DNA of 24,000 nucleotides from Candidatus Micrarchaeia archaeon (GTDB taxonomy: Archaea > Micrarchaeota > Micrarchaeia > Micrarchaeales > Micrarchaeaceae). The notes below the pieces were generated by a model. It was not told the origin of the DNA. It worked only from the letters and a program-made list of their open reading frames with translations, and searched no databases. This document shows positions 7,412-14,038 of this stretch, piece by piece. The DNA lies in NCBI GenBank assembly GCA_049964795.1, contig JBMFWY010000001.1, positions 26,751-50,750 of the forward strand, in the 5' to 3' direction. The position numbers and the translations under genes were made by a program. Every line of letters begins with the position of its first letter. The first letter of the stretch is position 1.

Positions 7412-8602
7412 ATGAGTACAATAAAGGATTCATTCATAATACTTAAAAGGGAACTGCTGATATTCAGAAGCAATATCGTGCAGAACGTGGTAAGAGCAAT
7501 CATGTTTCCGCTGCTCCTTCTCCTCATATTCAGTGGCATGGGAAGCGGCGTTTCCAATGTGCCGGTAGCAATAGTCAACTATGCAAACAATATGCAGTCA
7601 ATCCAATTTATAAATAAACTTGAATCCGGAAATTCCCTATCTATAGTAGGAGTCACCACCCAAACTAATGCGATGCAGATGTTCAGGGCGGGAGAAGTAG
7701 ACTTGGTAATAGTTATACTTCCGCAGTTTCCAAACATGAACTCAAAGAGCCCTAGCGTGGATATCTATTACACGAACAGCCAGCTGACAAGCCTTAGTGT
7801 TATTCCTTTTATACAAAGCATGGCAGAAAGCTTTGGAGCGCAAGCGGCAAGCGCAAAATATGAAAAGGCAGCAATGCAAAATGACCCCACTAGACCAAGT
7901 TCTGGCTCTTCAGGCAGCATATTGGGAGCACCAGGCAGCGAATCGGCTTCTTCGGGTAGCGTAAGCGTGATTCCCGCATTTGCTGCAGAAGGAAGTTATA
8001 CAACTTTCCTTGTAGCTGGAATAATAATAATGGTGGCGGCTTTCGGCGCAATGTTTTCAGGAGGAATGTCGATAATAACTGACAGGATAGCAGGGAACTT
8101 AAAGCTTTTTCTTATCGCCCCGATAAATAGGCTTTCGATAGTTTTTGGCAAGATTTTGTCTGGAGCGACACAGGTAATGTTTACAGTGATACTTACTATA
8201 ATAATAGGGATAGCTTTTGGAGCCCAGATAGCAATGGGCTGGTATGGTTTGCTTTGGATTTTCCTGCTTGCGTTCATAGCTGCGATAGGCATGGGAGGGC
8301 TTGCAACAGCGCTTGCGGCGCGCATAAAGAGGTTTGAAATATACGCTATCGCCACCCAATCCATAACACTGCCGCTTTGGTTCGTTGCTGGGGCTTTTTT
8401 CCCAACAAGCGAGTTGCCCTCATGGCTTTATCCGCTCAGCATAGTAGATCCTTTCACTTATGCAATACAAGGCATGAGATATGTAATGATGAATGGATTC
8501 TACCCTGTAAATGCAATGATGCTTGATCTTGGAGTCACGCTTGCGTTTGCAATTGCAATGGTGCTCCTCTCTGTCAAAATGTTTAAGCAAACTATAGAGT
8601 GA
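7412..8602 (+). CDS. ABC-2 type transporter permease with a large extracytoplasmic loop
   Basis: One N-terminal TM, an extracytoplasmic domain of about 170 aa with a Ser/Gly-rich linker (PSSGSSGSILGAPGSESASSGS), then about 5 C-terminal TM helices. It starts 4 nt after the ATPase stop. SD-like AAGGTAA lies upstream. Confidence 0.8.
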   Translation: MSTIKDSFIILKRELLIFRSNIVQNVVRAIMFPLLLLLIFSGMGSGVSNVPVAIVNYANNMQSIQFINKLESGNSLSIVGVTTQTNAMQMFRAGEVDLVIVILPQFPNMNSKSPSVDIYYTNSQLTSLSVIPFIQSMAESFGAQAASAKYEKAAMQNDPTRPSSGSSGSILGAPGSESASSGSVSVIPAFAAEGSYTTFLVAGIIIMVAAFGAMFSGGMSIITDRIAGNLKLFLIAPINRLSIVFGKILSGATQVMFTVILTIIIGIAFGAQIAMGWYGLLWIFLLAFIAAIGMGGLATALAARIKRFEIYAIATQSITLPLWFVAGAFFPTSELPSWLYPLSIVDPFTYAIQGMRYVMMNGFYPVNAMMLDLGVTLAFAIAMVLLSVKMFKQTIE

Positions 8603-8611
8603 AGTGGTAAA

Positions 8612-10321
8612 ATGCAAATAGCATATTCTATTAAAGAATTTAGGAATGGTGTGAAGATGAAAGAAAAATCGGTGAAAAGAAAGATTGCAAAAGCTGCAAT
8701 CCATGGAGGTTTTGCGGCGCTTGTTGCGGTGATGTTCATATCAATGCTTGCTATACTGGCGGGTGCGCAGGCTGCCCCTCAGGCAAATGGCGCCGTTTCG
8801 ATAGCAAACCTTAAGATATCTCCGCAGCCTGTAATTGCGGGGGAAAATATAACAGTTGAATTCCAGCTTTTCAACTCCTTTTCAAACGAGCTTCAAAACG
8901 TCAATATATATTTGGAGAGCCAAAGTCCTTTGATAAACGTATCACCAACCCAAACATTTTTGATAAGCGCAATGGGAACAGGGCTTTATGGTGGAAGCGG
9001 CTATGATATATTCAGCTACCAGTTCCACGTGCCTGCTTCGCTTCCCGCAGGCGAATATGTAATCAATGTGGTGGCAACATATGAGGCACAGGCAGGGGTG
9101 CAATACCCTACTCTTCCTGCCGAATCGGTAATGCCCATATACATTTACGTTTATGGGGTTCCGAACGTGCAGCTTAGCGCAAATACGCAGACGCAGATAA
9201 CCCCAGGGGTGCCTTTTTCGCTTTCTCTTGATGCACTGAATTCAGGAACAGACAAGGCAAGCAATGTCTCTGTTGCGATGCTTGAAAACGCAAACTTTAC
9301 GCCTGAAGGAGCATATTCATTCTCATTGGGCTCGATCGGGCAGGGTATGCAGCAGGAAGCCGTAATGCAGCTTGTCCCTTCAGAGCACATTGCCAAAGGA
9401 ACACACGTAATAGGATTTTTGGTCAATTACACCTCTCAGACAGGCCAAAAATTCAGCAGAATAGAGGAAGTCCCAATAAACATTGAGATAAGCAAACCAA
9501 GTTTCATTGTCAGCGTTGTAGGGGCTAATCCGCAGCAGCTATATGCAGGCCAGAACCAAACTCTTGAAGTGGAAATAGACAATACAGGAAATGGTGAGGC
9601 GAGAAATGTGAGCGTGCAGTTCATGAGCAGCAACGGGATAGATGTTGGTAGCTCTGCCAACTATTTCAATTTAGGCAATATGATGCCAGGGCAGGGCATG
9701 CAGGAGGAGCTCTTTGTCAGTGCAAGCAGGTATGCAAATTCAACGCAATACTATATGCCCGTATTGATAAAGTACAAGAATGCAAATCTAGCGGAAAATT
9801 ATTCCCAGCTTGAATATATTCCGATAAACATGGAGCCAAGCGCGATATTCAATGTTACTGCCGAGTACGGAAGTTTAAGCCCTGGTGACACTGATGTTCC
9901 AGTTACTTTCACGATAAGAAATACGGGCAATGAAGTTGCACAGGGGGCGCTGCTTAGCATGCAAGCGATTTATCCCATAAGCACAGTAATACCCAATGCG
10001 TATATAAGCAGCATAGCTCCTGGGCAGAGTAAAAATGTGACATTCTATGTAAGTGTGGATGTCAAAGGGGATGCAGGCTCGTATCCGGTGACATTGTACG
10101 AGCAGTGGCAGCAGCCTAATGGGGCAGCGCAGGAGCAATATTCTTACTCCAATAACTACTATGTCAACGTGAGCAAGAGCGGAGGCAGCGGGAAAGCATA
10201 TGAAACGTATGCTGCAGCAATAATCGTCATTCTTATAGCGGCATACGCATTTGCTAAAAGAAGAAAGAAGGCCCCGCAGAAGAAGCAGGAAGCGCAGCAG
10301 AAAAAAAGCGCAAGGCAGTAA
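8612..10321 (+). CDS. Secreted, C-terminally membrane-anchored surface protein with four CARDB/COG1361-like Ig-fold repeats
   Basis: Sec-type signal (AALVAVMFISMLAILAGAQA|AP), four repeats of about 110 aa, a C-terminal TM (AAAIIVILIAAYAFA) and a basic tail (KRRKKAPQKKQEAQQKK). There are 12 N-x-S/T sequons. The likely true start is 8657 (MKEKSV), preceded by GGTG. Confidence 0.7.
   Translation: MQIAYSIKEFRNGVKMKEKSVKRKIAKAAIHGGFAALVAVMFISMLAILAGAQAAPQANGAVSIANLKISPQPVIAGENITVEFQLFNSFSNELQNVNIYLESQSPLINVSPTQTFLISAMGTGLYGGSGYDIFSYQFHVPASLPAGEYVINVVATYEAQAGVQYPTLPAESVMPIYIYVYGVPNVQLSANTQTQITPGVPFSLSLDALNSGTDKASNVSVAMLENANFTPEGAYSFSLGSIGQGMQQEAVMQLVPSEHIAKGTHVIGFLVNYTSQTGQKFSRIEEVPINIEISKPSFIVSVVGANPQQLYAGQNQTLEVEIDNTGNGEARNVSVQFMSSNGIDVGSSANYFNLGNMMPGQGMQEELFVSASRYANSTQYYMPVLIKYKNANLAENYSQLEYIPINMEPSAIFNVTAEYGSLSPGDTDVPVTFTIRNTGNEVAQGALLSMQAIYPISTVIPNAYISSIAPGQSKNVTFYVSVDVKGDAGSYPVTLYEQWQQPNGAAQEQYSYSNNYYVNVSKSGGSGKAYETYAAAIIVILIAAYAFAKRRKKAPQKKQEAQQKKSARQ
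8795..10171 (+). repeat. Four tandem, divergent protein-domain repeats inside the surface protein
   Basis: Each unit restarts with a (strand)-P-x-x-h-x-x-G-x-x-h-x-h-x-h-x-N-x-G/S-x3-A/L-x-N-V pattern: ISPQPVIAGENITVEFQLFNS...LQNVNIYL / ITPGVPFSLSLDALNSGTDKASNVSVAM / ANPQQLYAGQNQTLEVEIDNTGNGEARNVSVQF / LSPGDTDVPVTFTIRNTGNEVAQGALLSM. Approximate boundaries are 8795-9157, 9158-9496, 9497-9841 and 9842-10171. Confidence 0.55.
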
Positions 10322-10412
10322 TAGGCTTGAAATAAGAGGAGCGGCAGGCTAATCTTGTTGCCTGCAGGCCGGCTTGCTGCTGATGAAGCCTTGCTTGTCC
10401 TTTTGCCTATTC

Positions 10413-12131
10413 TTACGCATTTGCCGCAACGCTCCACGCTTCTATGTCATTCCTATGCATGCCTACGCCGTAGGTCTTTGCTTTTTCTATGTCGACCCCG
10501 TATTTTCTTGCTATTCTCTCTACAAACTTGAGCATCAGGGTTCCGCCTACGCTTATCAAAGAACCCACCGAAACCTTTAGTGCAAGATTCTTGTCATCCA
10601 TTGCCGTGTATGCGTCCCTGCTTGCCATCTTCGCCAAATGCCTGTAGGAAGCGTAATAAACTGCAAGCATTGACTGTGTGAGAGGAACATCGAAACTCTT
10701 TGATTTTATCCTTCCAAGAGGCATATTGTACAAAGGAGTTACAGTGAACTCGAAAGGCATATGGTCAACCCTAGAATTGCTTAGCCTGTTTATAAGCGCG
10801 ACAGTTTCCCAATTGTCCTCTTCTGTTTCCGAAGTTTGACCTATTTGTACGGTAAATGCCGGCCTCCAATAATTTATATTCATGTTTTTAACTCCATTCC
10901 ATACTATCTCTTGCCAGCTTCCGTCAACGCCTATTTTAAGCGGTAGGGTCTTTGCAGGCATATGCTTCTTTGCGAGTGTTTCGCTTCCTGTTTCCAAGCC
11001 TACTTGTATGCCTATCCAGTTGTGCTCGGAAGCGCGCAGTATCTTCGAAAGCTTGGCGATAAGCTCGGGATATGCCGAAGGTATGGAGATTCTGCCGTGC
11101 GTGGGATTTGAACGCTTTACGCCGTCTATTGACATTATTGTAGTGAACAGTGATATTAATGCTTCCTCATTTGGCACGTAATTCTTCTGATGTTGGTAAG
11201 CAAATATCTCGTCGGAATGCAGCCACGCATTGTTGAACCCCCCGCTTCTGATGTTTACTTTTACTTCCTCTGCAACTTTCTCTGGCGGGTAGTACCTCAG
11301 CTCCCTAAGAGTCACTTCACAAAAATCGCACCCTATCCCGCAGCCGCGCATTGTTTCATTAAGGCTTTTGGTTGAGGGATTTACTATCGAAGGTATGGAC
11401 TCAAGCTTTGGAAAAGAAGGTATTCCTTTCCCCCTACCTATAAATTTTGGATCAGGCTTTAGCGATCTCATGAACTGATCATCGTAAGTTATAAACCCTT
11501 GGCTGAACATGTTTTGGTCTATATTGCCGCTAGAAATTTGCTCGAACAATTCTACCGCATAATCGTCCATCTCCCCCTGGAAAAGGTAGTCTATATTGTG
11601 CTCCTCTACATAATTCCTCAATATGGTATATTCCCATATTCCCGGGCCTCCTACTACTAGTTTCGCTTTTTTGCCTTTCCTTGCGGCGTTGACTTTGGAT
11701 ATAAGGCTTTCCCATTCCTGCTTGACATACGCGTTGAGGTCTTTAGACTTGAAAAGAACATAATATGACATAGTGGTTGGGCCCAAGCCAAGAGGGTCCA
11801 TCGTATGCATGCCAATGATTTCAGTATCGTCCTTTATGAAAGAGCTCAGATAGTCAGGGTGGGCTACAACTACATCTTTGCTGCTATATTTCTTGAGGAG
11901 CGCTGCTTCGATCTTCCTGAGTCCGTAAGGGGCATATTTTATCCTTCCGTCAGGAAGGGCTGGGGAAATTTTGCCCTTAAGAAAGGAATAGATAAATTTG
12001 GGCAGGGAATTCCCTGGAGCGCCGGGCACAAAATCCAGGAGCGGAAAATTCCTGTAGTCATACACTAACGTATTGTCAGATATTAAAACAAATTTTGCCA
12101 TTGCAACACCAACTTTTATAGTTACAAGCAT
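10413..12131 (-). CDS. Radical SAM superfamily protein with an N-terminal B12-binding-like/Rossmann domain (function unknown)
   Basis: CxxxCxxC cluster motif MRGCGIGCDFCEV and an upstream KLVVGGPGIWE Rossmann-like segment. It is a large protein of 562-572 aa. An alternative start at 12101 (MAKFVLIS) is preceded by GGTG. The 12131 start would fit a leaderless mRNA from AATATAAAAT about 25 nt upstream. Confidence 0.8.
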   Translation of the reverse strand: MLVTIKVGVAMAKFVLISDNTLVYDYRNFPLLDFVPGAPGNSLPKFIYSFLKGKISPALPDGRIKYAPYGLRKIEAALLKKYSSKDVVVAHPDYLSSFIKDDTEIIGMHTMDPLGLGPTTMSYYVLFKSKDLNAYVKQEWESLISKVNAARKGKKAKLVVGGPGIWEYTILRNYVEEHNIDYLFQGEMDDYAVELFEQISSGNIDQNMFSQGFITYDDQFMRSLKPDPKFIGRGKGIPSFPKLESIPSIVNPSTKSLNETMRGCGIGCDFCEVTLRELRYYPPEKVAEEVKVNIRSGGFNNAWLHSDEIFAYQHQKNYVPNEEALISLFTTIMSIDGVKRSNPTHGRISIPSAYPELIAKLSKILRASEHNWIGIQVGLETGSETLAKKHMPAKTLPLKIGVDGSWQEIVWNGVKNMNINYWRPAFTVQIGQTSETEEDNWETVALINRLSNSRVDHMPFEFTVTPLYNMPLGRIKSKSFDVPLTQSMLAVYYASYRHLAKMASRDAYTAMDDKNLALKVSVGSLISVGGTLMLKFVERIARKYGVDIEKAKTYGVGMHRNDIEAWSVAANA

Positions 12132-12274
12132 TTACAAAATTTTTTGGCGGTATTTTATATTGCACTATACAAAAATGCAAAACAAAAAGCTAGGCACAAA
12201 GATCAGGTTAGGATTTGAGAAACCACCTAGCTTCTGCAAATTTCTCTTTGTCAAAAGATTTTTACCGTTGAAAA

Positions 12275-12299
12275 AAGTATAAACAGCAAAGTATAAATA
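12275..12299 (+). promoter_or_regulatory. Candidate rRNA promoter: two tandem TATA-box-like copies of AAGTATAAA
   Basis: AAGTATAAA occurs at 12275-12283 and 12289-12297, each preceded by A-rich BRE-like sequence. They lie about 110-135 nt upstream of the processing stem and about 170-190 nt upstream of the mature 16S 5' end. Confidence 0.4.
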
Positions 12300-12410
12300 G
12301 GTTTCTTAGTAAAGTAGTATTGCTTTTTTCAGCTTTTAACTTGATTGCTGCAGCACGCGCTGCGGTGTTGTGAAAAAGGCTATTGTGAAAATTCCTGCTT
12401 GGAATTGGAT

Positions 12411-12441
12411 GCAGTCCCGAGTTGTGCAAAAGAGAGATAGC
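12411..12441 (+). other. 5' strand of the pre-16S processing stem (BHB motif)
   Basis: GCAGTCCCGAG (12411-12421) is perfectly complementary to CTCGGGACTGC (14510-14520). GTGC (12424-12427) pairs with GCAT (14501-14504). AGAGAGATAGC (12431-12441) pairs with GCTATTCTCT (14491-14500) with one bulged G. AAA (12428-12430) is left as a 3-nt bulge. Confidence 0.65.
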
Positions 12442-13515
12442 TGATTGCTTTTAACTTGAAGCCGATTCCAGTCGATGCTGCTGGAGGGTACTGCTATCAG
12501 GTTCCGACAGCCATGCAAGTTTGCTCTACGGCTTCGTAGGGCGGCGTACGGCTCAGTAACACGTGGCTAATCTACCGTAAAGAGAGGGATACCCTTGGGA
12601 AACTGAGGTTAATACCTCATATGCTAGAGCATCTGGAAGGAGCTCTAACAAAAAAGGTTGCAAATTGCAGCATTACCGCTTTACGATGAGGCCGCGGCGG
12701 ATCAGGCAGATGGCGGGGTAACGGCCCACCATACCAATAACCCGTAGGGGATGTGAGAGCATGAGCCCCGAGAAGGGCACTGAGACAAGGGCCCTAGCGC
12801 TACGGCGTGCAGCAGGCGCGCAAACTCCACAATGCGCGTAAGCGTGATGGGGGGAACCTGAGTGGCTGACTAACGTCAGCCTTTTGCCAAGTATAGCAAG
12901 CTTGGAGAATAAGTGCTGGGCAAGACCGGTGGCAGCCGCCACGGTAATACCGGCAGCACAAGTGGTATCCACGATTATTGGGCTTAAAGCGCCCGTAGCT
13001 GGCTGATGCCGTCTCATGTGAAATATTGGCGTTCAACGTCAATGCGAGCACGAGATACCCATCGGCTAGGGAGTGGGTTGGGTCAGGAGTACTTATGGGG
13101 GAGGGGCTAAATCCTATAATCCTATAAGGACTAACGGTGGCGAAGGCGCCTGACCAGAACACATCCGACAGTGAGGGACGAAGGCTAGGAGAACGAATCG
13201 GATCAGATACCCGAGTAGCCCTAGCAGTAAATCATGCAGACTCTGGTGTTGCATGCATCTCGAATGCATGCAGTACCGTAGCGTAAGCGTTAAGTCTGCC
13301 GCCTGGGGAGTACGGCCGCAAGGTTGAAACTTAAAACAATTGGCGGGGGAGCACACAAGGGGTGGATGCTGCGGTTTAATTGAACCCAACGTCGGAAATA
13401 TTACCAGAAGCGACGGCAGTGTGAAGGTCAGACTAAAGATCTTACCTGACAAGCCGAGAGGTAGTGCATGGCGATCGTCAGCTCGTGGTGTGAACTGTTC
13501 GGTTAAGTCCGGTAA

Positions 13516-14038
13516 GCTGTTGAGTGAGGCTATGACTAGAAAGCTAAAACTGGATCCAGATACCTGCTACATGCTTGGCATGTACAGCTGTAGCATGCGC
13601 TCTCCGATTTCCATAAGCACAGCCAAGAGGGAGCTGGTTGAAAAGTTTACCAAGATAGCGCTTGAATTAGGCGTAGAGCCTGAAAAGGTGCGCATCGAAA
13701 GCATGCAAAATGGCATGCAAAAGGTATTTTTTTACCACTCCAAGCTCGAAAAGCTGTTCAAGAATGCGCTCGAGCGCAGAAGCGTTATATTCTCGCGCAA
13801 GAATGCATGCGCGCTAAGCTATGTAGCTGGCGTATTTGACAGCAACGGCGGAAAAGACCGCTTTGGGCTCTTCATAAAAAAGCTTGATCCTGCAAACGCG
13901 GTGATCATGGAGAACCTTGGCTTGCATGTGTGGGAATCAGGAGGCAGGCATTACATATTGAATGCAAAAGTTTTCGTTACGCTTATTGCTGGATACAGCG
14001 TAATGCTTTCGTACGAGCAACATTCTTCAGCCCGGTAA
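13516..14038 (+). mobile_element. Archaeal bulge-helix-bulge type intron within 16S rRNA (E. coli ~1100 region), carrying a LAGLIDADG-type ORF
   Basis: Conserved 16S sequence breaks after GTTAAGTCCGGTAA and resumes at CGAGCGAGACC. The BHB fold is CCGG 13509-13512 : CCGG 14032-14035, bulges TAA 13513-13515 and TAA 14036-14038, and inner helix GCTG 13516-13519 : CAGC 14028-14031. The exact junction is ambiguous within the repeated CCGGTAA. Confidence 0.8.
13532..14038 (+). CDS. Intron-encoded LAGLIDADG-family homing endonuclease-like protein (168 aa, possibly degenerate)
   Basis: The first ATG inside the intron is at 13532. There are two LAGLIDADG-like helices about 95 aa apart: CYMLGMYSCS and LSYVAGVFDSNGG. 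The TAA stop is the 3' bulge of the BHB. The portion of the track ORF upstream of 13532 is rRNA exon. Confidence 0.65.
   Translation: MTRKLKLDPDTCYMLGMYSCSMRSPISISTAKRELVEKFTKIALELGVEPEKVRIESMQNGMQKVFFYHSKLEKLFKNALERRSVIFSRKNACALSYVAGVFDSNGGKDRFGLFIKKLDPANAVIMENLGLHVWESGGRHYILNAKVFVTLIAGYSVMLSYEQHSSAR

Noticed and set aside
10344-10365. Inverted repeat GCAGGC-N10-GCCTGC between the convergent surface-protein and radical SAM genes, considered as a bidirectional terminator.
   Set aside because: It is only 6 bp with no flanking oligo-T on either strand. Archaeal termination does not require hairpins, so the evidence is too weak.
12187-12233. 8-bp inverted repeat AAGCTAGG ... CCTAGCTT with a nested GGTT/AACC pair between the radical SAM start and the rRNA promoter, considered as a small ncRNA or operator.
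   Set aside because: The arms are short and separated by a 31-nt loop in an AT-rich spacer. It has no tRNA-like or C/D-box features and nothing to compare against.
13340-13531. The track ORF 13340..14038 begins 64 codons upstream of the intron, suggesting a 232-aa protein.
   Set aside because: The first 176 nt of that stretch (13340-13515) match conserved 16S sequence (GGGGAGCACACAAGGGGTGGATGCTGCGGTTTAATTG...GTCAGCTCGTGG), so the open frame there is fortuitous. The first ATG inside the intron (13532) is the credible start.
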